Assembly: GCA_947595235.1 (NCBI GenBank)
Contig: CANQEP010000001.1
Coordinates: 7,451-71,450, forward strand
Length of the DNA: 64,000 bases
DNA from: an uncultured Clostridia bacterium
GTDB taxonomy: Bacteria; Bacillota; Clostridia; Christensenellales; UBA1242
Direction: 5' to 3'
Both the position numbers and the translations under genes were made by a program. The number at the start of each line of letters is the position of its first letter. Position 1 is the stretch's first letter. Below the pieces are notes generated by a model. The model was not told where the DNA came from. It saw only the letters and a list, made by a program, of their open reading frames with translations, and did not search any database. This document shows positions 36,712 to 46,460 of the stretch, piece by piece.

Positions 36712-36740
36712 CAAAAAAATGGAGGGTTTTATCCCTCCAT
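36712..36740 (-). terminator. Intrinsic terminator after gmk
   Basis: Minus strand: ATGGAGGG-ATAAAA-CCCTCCAT followed by TTTTTTT, starting 3 nt after the stop codon. Confidence 0.75.
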
Positions 36741-36742
36741 TT

Positions 36743-37354
36743 TTAAAACATTGGTTTCTTGACTTTGTCAACGTCGTTTTTCTTGACGTCAATTCCCCGT
36801 TTTTTGAACTCGGCGTCGATGATTTTTTCCACCTCGTCGCACGCCTTTTCAAACTTGTCGGTGTAGACAACATAGTCATAGAAGCCACTTTGCGAGTTCT
36901 CGTAGTCAACGCGGTCAAACAGCCTCAAGTTAATGGTCTTTTCAGTTTCACCTCTCTCGCGGAGTCTGTCAAACAAAATGTTTCGGTTTTTAACAGTGAC
37001 ATATATTCCAACAATGTCTATATTGCTGTTTGCCTTTATGTTCTTATACGAGTCAACATCAATGTCTTTTATGGCAACACAGCCCTCTTTTATGACTTTT
37101 TGATACGAATTGAGCCCTGTTCCGTAGTACTCTTGGTCCTTGTGCACCTTGTTGTATTCAAGAAAGAAGTTCTCTTTGATTTTTTCTTCAAATTGGTTGC
37201 GCGTCATGTAAATATAGGTGCCACCAATTTCTCTTCTTCTCACCCTTCTTGTTGTGTATGATTGAACCTTCTTTATGTTTGGATAAACCTCGACAATTCT
37301 GTATAGAAGTGGGGTTTTCCCCGCGCCAGATGGCCCCGAAATGACAATGAACAT
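36743..37354 (-). CDS. gmk: Guanylate kinase-like protein
   Basis: ATG 37354 follows GAGGAG. P-loop ISGPSGAGKT, TTRRVRRREIGGTYIYMTRNQFE, LEYNKV...YYGT. The longer track ORF overlaps pepF. Confidence 0.75.
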   Translation of the reverse strand: MFIVISGPSGAGKTPLLYRIVEVYPNIKKVQSYTTRRVRRREIGGTYIYMTRNQFEEKIKENFFLEYNKVHKDQEYYGTGLNSYQKVIKEGCVAIKDIDVDSYKNIKANSNIDIVGIYVTVKNRNILFDRLRERGETEKTINLRLFDRVDYENSQSGFYDYVVYTDKFEKACDEVEKIIDAEFKKRGIDVKKNDVDKVKKPMF

Positions 37355-37364
37355 AAATTTCTCC

Positions 37365-39119
37365 TCAGTTAATAAGTTCTTCAAATTCGTCAAGTAGTGA
37401 CTTATAGAGCGTGAACGCGCCCTCAAAAGTTGACTTGCTCGTGAGGTCAACGTCAACACTCTTTAAAAGTTCAATTGGGTCAACGCTTGAACCCGCCTTC
37501 AAAAAGTTTTTGTACTTTTCAAGGTACTTTTTGTCTCCGCTCATGATTTTTTCTGCGATTGTGCACGCCGAGATAAAGCCAGTAGAGTATTTATAGACAT
37601 AGTATGGTCTGTAAAAATGCGGTATTCTGCTCCACTCGTACTTGCTGTACTTGGTCTTTTTTGCCTCGTCGCCAAAATACTTCTTTTGCAGTCTTTCATA
37701 CTCTTTGTTAAGATCCTCAACAATGAGAGGCTTACCCTTTTCTAGCGACGAGTAGACAAAGTACTCAAACTCTGAGAACATGGTCTGGCGGTACAGCGTT
37801 GTGTAGAAGTGGTGAAGCAAGTTGTGGACATAGTAGAGTTTTTCTTCTTTGCTTTTTGTTTTTGCAATCATGTACTTATTAAGAATAATCTCATTGACAA
37901 TGGACGCAACTTCGCACGCAAAGATGCTTGGGTCTGCCTTTGTTATTGGCTGAGTCTTTGAGGTGTAGTAGCCATGCATGGCGTGACCAAGTTCGTGCGC
38001 AATGGTGGACATCCCGCTATAGACATTTTCGTGGTTCAAAAGAACATATGGGTGGCAGCCATAAATGTCAAGGCAGAATCCTCCGCTGGTCTTTGACGGC
38101 TTTTCGAACGCGTCTATCCAACCCGACTCCATGGCAGTTTTCAAAACACCGACATACTCTTCGCCCATAACATTAAGTGCGTCAAGCACAATCTTGCAAG
38201 ACTTTTCAAAGTCAAACTTTTCACTAATGCTTCCAATTGGAAGGTAGTTGTCAAAATAATAGTAGTCTTTTATGCCGTGCGCTTTTTTGTTTAGCCTTTC
38301 AAAGCGATAAAACAAATCAAGGTTTGAAGAGACAACGTCAATTAGCGTTGAAAGAACCTTTGGGTCGGTCTTGTCCCCGTCGCAAGAGGCTTCAAGCAAG
38401 GTCTTAAACTTGTGGAGTTTTGAAAGATACAAACTCTCTTTCGCGTCCAAAAGGTAGAGCGAGCCAAGGGTATAGTTGAAGTCGGCAAACGCCTTGTGCA
38501 TCATGTTGTAGGCACGCTTTCTTGTGTTTTGGTCGCTGTTTTGAAGAATGCTGGCGTACTTTGCGTGAGTTAACTCAACGCTTTTTCCGTCAACTTTAAT
38601 TTTCCCGAATTTGAGGTCAACGTCGTTGAAATTGTCAAAGACCTCGTCAAAGTTGCCAAGAGAAGGGTTCATGTCAAGTGCCGCCTGCACCTTTTCGGGC
38701 AAGATGTGTTTCTTCCCGCGGGCGATGTCTTTTAACATTTGGTCATAGTGAGAGAACTCCTTCCTTTTTGCAAGGTCAAGCAAAAACTCTTCACTATTTT
38801 TGCTCATCTCAACCAAGACAAAGGCAAGTTTTGGCGCGAGGTTAGTTGCAAAGATTTCGTACTCGCCAAGAAGTTTCCTCGAAAACTCGTCTTTTCCGTT
38901 AAGTGACTTTCTAAGATACAAATAGCAAAAGAAGGTTGTTGAAAGTTTGCTCGCCTCTTCGTCAATCTTGTAGTATTTCAAGATATTTTCGGGGGTGTTA
39001 AGTTTCCCCTTGAAGGTGGTAAGGCTTTCGCAAAGTGACTTATACTTTTCGTAGTCCTTTATGGTTTCTTCTTCATTTTCATAAATCTCGCAGAGATTCC
39101 AATCAGTCTTTATTTTCAT
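37365..39119 (-). CDS. pepF: Oligoendopeptidase F (M3B family)
   Basis: 584 aa with the zinc motif HELGHAMH. Promoter TTGATA-17-TATAAT upstream. Confidence 0.85.
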   Translation of the reverse strand: MKIKTDWNLCEIYENEEETIKDYEKYKSLCESLTTFKGKLNTPENILKYYKIDEEASKLSTTFFCYLYLRKSLNGKDEFSRKLLGEYEIFATNLAPKLAFVLVEMSKNSEEFLLDLAKRKEFSHYDQMLKDIARGKKHILPEKVQAALDMNPSLGNFDEVFDNFNDVDLKFGKIKVDGKSVELTHAKYASILQNSDQNTRKRAYNMMHKAFADFNYTLGSLYLLDAKESLYLSKLHKFKTLLEASCDGDKTDPKVLSTLIDVVSSNLDLFYRFERLNKKAHGIKDYYYFDNYLPIGSISEKFDFEKSCKIVLDALNVMGEEYVGVLKTAMESGWIDAFEKPSKTSGGFCLDIYGCHPYVLLNHENVYSGMSTIAHELGHAMHGYYTSKTQPITKADPSIFACEVASIVNEIILNKYMIAKTKSKEEKLYYVHNLLHHFYTTLYRQTMFSEFEYFVYSSLEKGKPLIVEDLNKEYERLQKKYFGDEAKKTKYSKYEWSRIPHFYRPYYVYKYSTGFISACTIAEKIMSGDKKYLEKYKNFLKAGSSVDPIELLKSVDVDLTSKSTFEGAFTLYKSLLDEFEELIN

Positions 39120-39164
39120 AGTTACCTCAAAAAAAATTATAACCTATTTTACATTCTTTATCAA

Positions 39165-39198
39165 ACAAAAAAGAGGTTTTGTTTTAACCTCTTTTTGT
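39165..39198 (-). terminator. Bidirectional intrinsic terminator after the DUF378 gene
   Basis: AGAGGTT-loop-AACCTCT flanked by A-run and T-run. Confidence 0.7.
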
Positions 39199-39205
39199 TT
39201 TTTGC

Positions 39206-39436
39206 CTATTCTTTCTTCATTGTTGTCGGGTCTTTTGAGAAAAGGCGTGTTCTTCTTATGCAGAGCATGATGAGCATCCAAATTCCCGCGAGCCCAACAA
39301 TTGCATAGATAATTCTTGCGATAACGCCCGCGCCACAAATCCATGTCACAAGGTTCCAAGAAAAAACTCCAACCAATAGCCAATTAAAACAGCCGACAAT
39401 CATTATCGAAAGTGCAACAATGTTTGCAATAATCAT
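39206..39436 (-). CDS. DUF378-like small membrane protein
   Basis: ATG 39436 follows GGAGGGGG. MIIANIVALSIMIVGCFNWLLVGVF...IIYAIVGLAGIW resembles the DUF378 two-TM family. Confidence 0.65.
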   Translation of the reverse strand: MIIANIVALSIMIVGCFNWLLVGVFSWNLVTWICGAGVIARIIYAIVGLAGIWMLIMLCIRRTRLFSKDPTTMKKE

Positions 39437-39530
39437 ATATTCCCCCTCCATTAACTATTTCTAGTATGGATATAGGAACAAAAATATATGCAATCTTGCA
39501 AAAAAAATCTAGGCAAAGCCTAGACAAATT

Positions 39531-39854
39531 TTAGTATCCTCTGTAGATTGAGTTGATGATAAGGAATGCAATGCAAAGAACAAAAATGCTGATTGTTAGT
39601 GCAATTGTTGTCTTTTTGATTTTCCCTTGAAGTGACTCACCCTTGTTGCGGTTATAGAAGGTGTCGGCAGTTCCGGTGATGGCGTTTGTTCCGCCTTGGT
39701 CCTCAGTTTTTTGACATAGCACCAAAATCGTTACAGTGAGTGCGCAAAGGCAAATAAGAACAGCCAAAACTATCTTTATAACTGGGAATGAACTAACTAC
39801 CCATGCGGGCATAGCATCACTTGACAACACGTTGATAAGGTTAAGATTTTTCAT
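39531..39854 (-). CDS. secG: SecG-like preprotein translocase subunit
   Basis: ATG 39854 follows GGAGGAG. TM1, LVLCQKTEDQGGTNAITG (the LLQ..G..G loop pattern of SecG), then TM2. Longer than typical SecG. Confidence 0.5.
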   Translation of the reverse strand: MKNLNLINVLSSDAMPAWVVSSFPVIKIVLAVLICLCALTVTILVLCQKTEDQGGTNAITGTADTFYNRNKGESLQGKIKKTTIALTISIFVLCIAFLIINSIYRGY

Positions 39855-39920
39855 TTCTCCTCCAATAGACTTTTGAATTATATCACGAGTTTTCTTTTTT
39901 ATCAAGCAGTTTTTGAAAAG

Positions 39921-40148
39921 TTATAGAACAAAATAGAGAATAATAAAAACAATTATGATAATAACGAAGACAACTCCTATAATTTTTGTTAGAAGTTTGT
40001 TGTCGCCCACCCACCTTTTTCCGGCTTGGGTGTCGATAACAAGCATCATGAGTCCAAAACAGAACAGACCAACATAAAGAAGGGTCAACTTCTTTTCTTG
40101 TGCGGTCTGCGCAAGTAACATATTTAGGTTGAATAATAGATTTTGCAT
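39921..40148 (-). CDS. Small two-TM membrane protein
   Basis: 75-aa ORF with two hydrophobic helices. No family recognised. Confidence 0.4.
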   Translation of the reverse strand: MQNLLFNLNMLLAQTAQEKKLTLLYVGLFCFGLMMLVIDTQAGKRWVGDNKLLTKIIGVVFVIIIIVFIILYFVL

Positions 40149-40199
40149 ATCGTCTACCCGAAGAAATTATAACACACGCCACACCTAATGTCAATATTG

Positions 40200-40922
40200 C
40201 TACAACTCGCAGATTTTTGCAAAAACGCTGGCGTCCTTGCTTGCCTTCCCAATCAAGAGGCCGTCGATATTCTTCTCTTTAAGAAACTCGGATGCCGTTT
40301 CAAGGTTGACGCTACCGCCATAGATTGCAAACGTGCTCTTGCCAAAAACGTCTTTTGTTGTCGTTTTAATTTGTGCAAGGGCACTATTAACAAGTTTTGG
40401 CTCCATGCTAACCCCCGTTCCAATTGCGAAAACGGGCTCATAGGCAAATATTATTTTCTTTGCAAAAGAAGGGTCAATGCCCTTTGTCAGTTCGCGGACC
40501 TCGGCATCAATCTCATTAACATAGTCGTCTTTGCTCTCCCCCGAAAGGCAAACAATGGCGGTGAGCCCAAGGTTCAAGGCAATTTCAAGTTTCTTTAAAA
40601 CAATGCTGTTATTCTCAAAAAATAAGCGTCGTCTTTCGCTGTGGCCAATAATAACAACGCTTGCGCCCTCTTCACTTAATGCCGACGCACTTATTTCTCC
40701 CGTAAAGGCGCCGTCAACATAGGTTGAGCAATCTTGTCCACCGACCTTCACGTTCGTGTTTTTTGTAAGTTTGTATGCCTCGTCAATGAAGAGCGCCGAA
40801 GGGCAAACAACAATGTTGTTCTTGTTTTGGTCAACGATTTTCAAAAGTTCTTTAAGCCAGTTTAAAGTCTCTTTTTTGCCTTTATAGAGTTTAAGGTTTG
40901 CAACAATCCACTTCTTTGCCAT
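40200..40922 (-). CDS. tpiA: Triose-phosphate isomerase
   Basis: 240 aa. VANLKLYK, GHSERR, YEPVFAIGTG. The start overlaps the pgk stop (TAATG). Confidence 0.9.
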   Translation of the reverse strand: MAKKWIVANLKLYKGKKETLNWLKELLKIVDQNKNNIVVCPSALFIDEAYKLTKNTNVKVGGQDCSTYVDGAFTGEISASALSEEGASVVIIGHSERRRLFFENNSIVLKKLEIALNLGLTAIVCLSGESKDDYVNEIDAEVRELTKGIDPSFAKKIIFAYEPVFAIGTGVSMEPKLVNSALAQIKTTTKDVFGKSTFAIYGGSVNLETASEFLKEKNIDGLLIGKASKDASVFAKICEL

Positions 40923-42106
40923 TATTTGTCCTCTAGCATTTCAACGCCCGGAAGAACGCTGCCTTCAAGGAATTTCAGAGTTGCGCCACCGCCCGTTGAA
41001 AGGTGGGTCACCTTTGAAGCATAGCCAAGTTCGGTTATTGCTGCAACGCTGTCTCCTCCACCAACAACGCTCATGGCATCGGTCTTTGCAACTGCCTTTG
41101 CTATTTTCTTTGTTCCCTTTTGAAACTTCTTGAACTCATAGACGCCAAGAGGTCCGTTCCAAACTATTGTCTTTGCCTTCTTTATCTCTTTTTTAAATAG
41201 TTTCCTTGTCTTTGGACCAATGTCCATGCCTTGATACCCGTCGGGGATATTATAGGCGTCAACCACCTTTGACGATGCGGTTGGCGAAAACTCGTTTGCA
41301 ACAACCACGTCGACTGGCAAAAGAAGTTTGACATTGAGTTTCTCAGCCTCTTCCATAATCTGCTTTGCAACGTCAATCTTGTCTTTTTCGTATCTGCTCA
41401 TGGAGAGTTTGCCCCCCTTTGCAGCGATAAAGGTGTTCGCCATTGCGCCACCAATCAAGATGACATTTGCCTTCGCCAAAAGTTTTGCAATAACTCCAAT
41501 TTTGTCAGAAATTTTCGCGCCCCCAAGGATGACAACAAAAGGAGGCTCAGCATCTTCAACCGCCTTTGAGAGCGAAACAATTTCTTTGCACATCAAAAAT
41601 CCCGCAACGGCTGGAATGTGCCTTGCGATGCCCGCGGTTGAGGCGTGCGCTCTGTGGGCAGTTCCAAACGCGTCGTTAACATAAACGTCGGCAAGGCTGG
41701 CAAGTTCCTTTGCAAAGTTGTCGTCGTTCGCCTCTTCCTCTTTATAAAAGCGGACATTCTCAAGCATGACGATGTCGCCGTCTTGCATCTCACTTGTGAG
41801 TTTCTTCGCGCTCTCACCTATTGTGTCGGTTGCCATTTTGACTGGCCTGTTTAAAAGTTCTTGAAGCCTCTTTGCAACTGGAGCAAGAGAGTATTTTGGA
41901 TTGACCATGCCATCGGGTCTGCCAAGGTGCGAACACAAAATGACCTTTGCTCCTTGGTGCACAAGGTAATTAATGGTTGGGATTGCCGCTTTTATGCGCG
42001 TGTCGTCGGCAATCTTGTTGTTTTCATCTATTGGAACATTAAAGTCCACGCGGACAAAAACTCGCTTGCCCGCAACATCTATATCTTTAAAAGTTTTCTT
42101 GTTCAT
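40922..42106 (-). CDS. pgk: Phosphoglycerate kinase
   Basis: 394 aa. RVDFNVP, SHLGRP, AFGTAHRAHAST, STGGGA. Confidence 0.95.
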   Translation of the reverse strand: MNKKTFKDIDVAGKRVFVRVDFNVPIDENNKIADDTRIKAAIPTINYLVHQGAKVILCSHLGRPDGMVNPKYSLAPVAKRLQELLNRPVKMATDTIGESAKKLTSEMQDGDIVMLENVRFYKEEEANDDNFAKELASLADVYVNDAFGTAHRAHASTAGIARHIPAVAGFLMCKEIVSLSKAVEDAEPPFVVILGGAKISDKIGVIAKLLAKANVILIGGAMANTFIAAKGGKLSMSRYEKDKIDVAKQIMEEAEKLNVKLLLPVDVVVANEFSPTASSKVVDAYNIPDGYQGMDIGPKTRKLFKKEIKKAKTIVWNGPLGVYEFKKFQKGTKKIAKAVAKTDAMSVVGGGDSVAAITELGYASKVTHLSTGGGATLKFLEGSVLPGVEMLEDK

Positions 42107-42176
42107 AATAACTCCATTAAAATAAAGTAATTATATTCTAGCAAATATATTTTTTGTTTGTCAAATGTATGAGCCA

Positions 42177-43112
42177 TTATAATAAGCCTCTCAGCATCTT
42201 AACAACATTTTGCAAGTTTTCTTCTTTCATAAGGGCAAGCCTCTCGCTCACGCTCACTTTTGCGCGCTTTAAGTAAAAGGCGATGTGCGACCTCATTGTA
42301 AGAACGATGTAGCGGTCGTCAAAGTGTTTTTGAAGTTCTTTTATGTGCTCCATGATGTCACTTAGTTTGTCCACCCTCACATCTTCGTCCAAGATTTCGG
42401 CAAACACCTCGGGCCTTCCAAGCGCGCCACGAGCAATCATAACGCCGTCTGCCCCCGTCTTTTCAAGAATACTAATGTAACTTTTTTTGTCAACGCAGTC
42501 ACCACTTACAACAACGGGGATATTCACCGCATCTTTTACCGCCTTTGCAACCAATAGGTCTGCGCGCCCCGAATAGCCTTGTTGCCTTGTTCTTGCATGG
42601 ATGGTGAGCATACTCGCTCCCGCGCTTTCAAGTTCCTTTGCAAACTCCACGGCAACAATGTGGTCGCTGTCTATGCCACTCCTAAACTTAACAGTTATTG
42701 GCTTTGAGGTCGCTCTAACACACGCCCTAACAATGTCCCCCGCCTTCTTTATGTCGCCAAGGAGCGCACTCCCGTCTCCGTTTTGAAAAATCTTTGGCGC
42801 GGGACAGCCCATGTTGATATCGATGATGTCGAACTTGTCTAATATTCCAAGTTTTAAAACTTTTTCAAAGTCCTTTGGATTTGAACCAAAAAGTTGAACG
42901 GCGCAAGGCTTTTCTCCTTCGAACGTCGCAAGCAAGTCAAAAGTCTTTTTGTTGCCGAACAATAGCGCCTTAACGCTAATCATCTCGGTGCACGTAAGCG
43001 CTGCCCCATACTTTTTGCAAACTTTTCTGAACCCCACATCGCTATACCCCGCTATTGGCGCAAGCAAGAGGTTGTTTTTTAGGGTCACATTACCTATTTT
43101 CAATTCGCTCAT
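42177..43112 (-). CDS. dus: tRNA-dihydrouridine synthase
   Basis: LAPIAGYSDVGFR, DINMGCP, TVKFR, HARTRQQ motifs of the Dus family. Confidence 0.85.
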   Translation of the reverse strand: MSELKIGNVTLKNNLLLAPIAGYSDVGFRKVCKKYGAALTCTEMISVKALLFGNKKTFDLLATFEGEKPCAVQLFGSNPKDFEKVLKLGILDKFDIIDINMGCPAPKIFQNGDGSALLGDIKKAGDIVRACVRATSKPITVKFRSGIDSDHIVAVEFAKELESAGASMLTIHARTRQQGYSGRADLLVAKAVKDAVNIPVVVSGDCVDKKSYISILEKTGADGVMIARGALGRPEVFAEILDEDVRVDKLSDIMEHIKELQKHFDDRYIVLTMRSHIAFYLKRAKVSVSERLALMKEENLQNVVKMLRGLL

Positions 43113-43152
43113 GGCATAATTATATCAAAGCATTGCAAGAATTGAAAACAAT

Positions 43153-44709
43153 TCAAACTTTTTTTCTGTGAAATAGTTGTTTTTTGTAGAGGATGAAAAT
43201 AAAGAAGAAGTATATTCCAACAACCATGACAAGGGTTATCAGCAAAGAAACATAAAAGTTTACGGCGAGCCCCCTCAAAAAAACAAAAACATATTTTGAA
43301 AAGTACACCATTCCCGACAGAATTATCACCCCAAGGAGTCTAAAATCCATTTTTATGACCCCTTTTCTTTTCAGCACGGCAAGGTTAATTATAAGTGCCA
43401 AGGAGTAGCAAATGGCGTTTGAGACCTCTGCGCCCAAAATGTTCACTTGCGGTATCCTTATTAAAATAAGGTTCAAAACAACTTTTGCAATTCCCCCGAC
43501 AATTAGCGAAATAAGTGGCACATAAAAGCAGTTGAGCCCTTGCAAAAGCCCCGACGTGACTTGCAAGAGCGCAAGGTAAAATATGCTTATGCTGGCGACC
43601 TCCAAGATTTTTGCAGAAATTTCTATTTCCACGGCGTTCAAACTGCGGGCATAGAGGAGTCTTATGATTGGTTCTGCCAGACTGAAACATCCCACGCTTG
43701 AGGGCAGTGCAAAGATAATTGCAATCAAAAGTGCCCTTGACGCCGACTCCTTTGCCCCCTCAAAGTCCTTTGACGCCACTTGATGAGAGACGCACGGCAA
43801 AATCGCCGTTGCCACGCTGAGCGACAGAACTACGGGCATATTGACAATTGACCCAACACTGCCCGTTTGCAGTCCAAAGAGAGTGGTCGCACTTTTAACG
43901 CCATAGCCAATGGACTTCAAGATGTTTATGGTGACCGAACTGTCAATGAGCATACTTATTGGCATGATAAGTCCCCCGAGCGTCACAAAGAGCGAGAGCG
44001 AAAGTATCTTCCCCGCCGTCTTCTTGTATGAGAGTTCAAAGTCGTCGCTGGCATTACTAACGGCGTGGCGCCTTTTATATATGATATAGGTCAAAAAAAG
44101 ATATAAAAAGGCAAACGCCTCGCTAATGCTCACCCCCAAAAGCGCACCAAGAACGCCGTAGTTTATGCCTTTTTTCACCAAAACTGACGACAGCCACAGC
44201 CCGAAACCAAGTTTGAAAATTTGCTCAAAAAAGCCCGACACTGCCGAAGGAAACATCTTCATTAGACCTTGAAAATATCCTCTGTAGCCCGAAATGAGCC
44301 CAACAAAGATTATTGCGGGGCAAAGCCCAAGATAGCAAATATAAACGTCTTTGTTCCCTTGAACCGACGCAAAGAACTTCGCGCCAAAGAACACTATAAG
44401 ACTGCACAAAACAGAAAAAGATATAAGCAATATAAAAGACACCTTCATGGTCCTCTCTGCTTGCCTATATCTGTTTTTTGCAAGGTTTTCGCTTATGATT
44501 TTTGAAATGCTTGATGGCAGTCCCGAACTTGAAATGGTCAAAAGAAGGGTATATAGCGGGAACACCATTTGATACATTCCCATACCCTCGGCGGTGATGA
44601 TGCTTGTTAGCGGAATGCGATACACCGCGCCCACCACCTTGGACAAAAGTCCAAAGAGCATAAGAACAACCGCGCCTTTCAAAAACTTGCCATTTTTTTC
44701 ACTCTTCAT
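43153..44709 (-). CDS. MOP-superfamily flippase (MurJ/SpoVB-like polysaccharide biosynthesis protein)
   Basis: ~518 aa with ~14 TM segments. N-terminal FLKGAVVLMLFGLLSKVVGAVYRIPL is typical of SpoVB/MurJ-type proteins. Confidence 0.7.
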   Translation of the reverse strand: MKSEKNGKFLKGAVVLMLFGLLSKVVGAVYRIPLTSIITAEGMGMYQMVFPLYTLLLTISSSGLPSSISKIISENLAKNRYRQAERTMKVSFILLISFSVLCSLIVFFGAKFFASVQGNKDVYICYLGLCPAIIFVGLISGYRGYFQGLMKMFPSAVSGFFEQIFKLGFGLWLSSVLVKKGINYGVLGALLGVSISEAFAFLYLFLTYIIYKRRHAVSNASDDFELSYKKTAGKILSLSLFVTLGGLIMPISMLIDSSVTINILKSIGYGVKSATTLFGLQTGSVGSIVNMPVVLSLSVATAILPCVSHQVASKDFEGAKESASRALLIAIIFALPSSVGCFSLAEPIIRLLYARSLNAVEIEISAKILEVASISIFYLALLQVTSGLLQGLNCFYVPLISLIVGGIAKVVLNLILIRIPQVNILGAEVSNAICYSLALIINLAVLKRKGVIKMDFRLLGVIILSGMVYFSKYVFVFLRGLAVNFYVSLLITLVMVVGIYFFFIFILYKKQLFHRKKV

Positions 44710-44741
44710 ACACATAGTATGAAGTAAATTGTAAATTTTTA

Positions 44742-45332
44742 TTAGCCCATAACAAGATGAATTTCAAAAGAGATTGTGGACGCCTTCAAGACCTCGCCCG
44801 CCTTTGCCGACAGCCAGACAAAAAACGTCAACTCTTGCCTTTCGTCGCTGGCTGAAACACTGCCAAGCGTGACCTCATCTTCACTTAAAGACTTTGTGCT
44901 CTCTTTTATTTCTTTTACAGAGACCTTGATATTCTCCCGCTCCTTTTTTATGTCCTCTTCCTTTTCTTTGCTGTCTATTTTAATGTTCTTTATAACTATT
45001 GTCGCGCCACTTGGAGCATAGACCTTGAACTTTGCATATTGCCCTTCGCTCCCCTTTTTCTCAGCGACAGTGGAAGGGATGCCCGTTTCAACGTCTTCTT
45101 CTCCCGTTGCGGGTTTAAGGCCAAGTTTCATGGATGAGAGTTTGAGGGTGCTAATTGCCTTGTCGCCATTTGCGTCAAAGACTGCCATTCCCTCGGCGAC
45201 AACAATCTTTGGGTCAAGAACCTTTATAATCTGCCTTTGATATAAAAATGTGGCAAAGCATGAGCCAATAACAATGAACAAAAGTGCACACAGCATGGTG
45301 GTGACCGTTGCTGCCAAATTCTTTCTGCGCAT
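44742..45332 (-). CDS. Secreted protein with a SipW-cognate-like signal (TasA/camelysin-like?)
   Basis: N-terminus ...MLCALLFIVIGSCFATFLYQ resembles the G-x-x-F-A-x-F SipW-dependent signal class. Sits immediately downstream of the SipW-type peptidase. Body is beta-rich. Assignment tentative. Confidence 0.4.
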   Translation of the reverse strand: MRRKNLAATVTTMLCALLFIVIGSCFATFLYQRQIIKVLDPKIVVAEGMAVFDANGDKAISTLKLSSMKLGLKPATGEEDVETGIPSTVAEKKGSEGQYAKFKVYAPSGATIVIKNIKIDSKEKEEDIKKERENIKVSVKEIKESTKSLSEDEVTLGSVSASDERQELTFFVWLSAKAGEVLKASTISFEIHLVMG

Positions 45333-45378
45333 AAAAAATCCTCCATGCTAAATATTGCCAAGCACAGAGGATTTTATA

Positions 45379-46065
45379 CTATTTCCCAACCGCCCTAATA
45401 TCGTCGGATATCCTAAAACTCAAATAGAACAGCCCAAGCATGAGCACAAATCCCAAAATGAAGGTCATAAGCCCATACCAAGTTCTAAAGAACATTATAG
45501 TTTGCCCCAGCCAGCCAATTGTTGCAATTCGCACTCCAATAATGCTGTCGAACGAGGTCATGCCCGCGTCCACACTGGCGTTATTTGTGCCCTTTGTTAT
45601 GAAGTACTTTTGACCGTCCTTTTCTTCAATTGCGAACACTTTGTGGGTGACGGTCTCGCCGTCGCTGTCACGAATAAAGGTTATGTCGTCGCCAATACTT
45701 ATGTCGTCTTGAGAGGTTATGCGTCTCAGAACAATACAGTCGTTAACATCGATATTTGGCTTCATGCTCTCGGTCCTCACAATATAGAACGTTAGGCCAA
45801 AGAAGTTGTGCACCTTTGTTGGGCTAACAATGACAACCGCCGTGAAGACAAAAACGGGCACAAACACCAAAACAAGCATCCAAATGAGCATTCGATACCA
45901 CGCTATTTTTATGCGCCTTTTTCTGAGTCGTTTGTAACTTTCAAGTTCGTCATAGGTGTCAAGACGGCTCTTCTTTAGTGAAGAGACATTGCTTGCCTCG
46001 TCAGAAAATGTCACAGCCTGAAGTTGCGACCTATACTCTTCACCAACGATTTTGCCTTTTCTCAT
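45379..46065 (-). CDS. sipW: Signal peptidase I, SipW (archaeal/ER) type
   Basis: TM anchor, then catalytic-Ser box RTESMKPNIDVNDCIV, THKV box, KGTNN box, and a C-terminal TM. This is the SipW/S26B layout. Confidence 0.75.
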   Translation of the reverse strand: MRKGKIVGEEYRSQLQAVTFSDEASNVSSLKKSRLDTYDELESYKRLRKRRIKIAWYRMLIWMLVLVFVPVFVFTAVVIVSPTKVHNFFGLTFYIVRTESMKPNIDVNDCIVLRRITSQDDISIGDDITFIRDSDGETVTHKVFAIEEKDGQKYFITKGTNNASVDAGMTSFDSIIGVRIATIGWLGQTIMFFRTWYGLMTFILGFVLMLGLFYLSFRISDDIRAVGK

Positions 46066-46164
46066 AAGTTAATTATATAAATATTGCGCGTGCTTGTCAA
46101 ACATAAAAAGTGCATAAAAAAATGTGCCACAAAGGGCACATAAGTTGCTCAAACTTTTGCAAGA

Positions 46165-46383
46165 TTACTTGTTGTTATTGTTGTTTTCTTGCTCGGCTTT
46201 CTTGTTTTCTTTTGCAACAAGGAAACAGAAGACACAAACATAAACAGCAAGCGCAACGATAACAGCCGAAAGTACTATTGAAACCCAGTCAAAATGCATA
46301 ACGATAAGGCAAACAACAGCAACAGCCAAACAAACAAAAACAGTAACAATGCTTAGAGCCAAAGACTTCTTTGAAATATCCAT
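46165..46383 (-). CDS. Small two-TM membrane protein with poly-Asn tail
   Basis: 72-aa ORF, two hydrophobic helices, C-terminal KKAEQENNNNNK. Confidence 0.4.
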   Translation of the reverse strand: MDISKKSLALSIVTVFVCLAVAVVCLIVMHFDWVSIVLSAVIVALAVYVCVFCFLVAKENKKAEQENNNNNK

Positions 46384-46460
46384 ATCAAAATCTCCTCTTC
46401 ATTTATTGACTATATTATAACACATTTTTTCAATAATGCTAGACCTTTTTGCAAATTTTT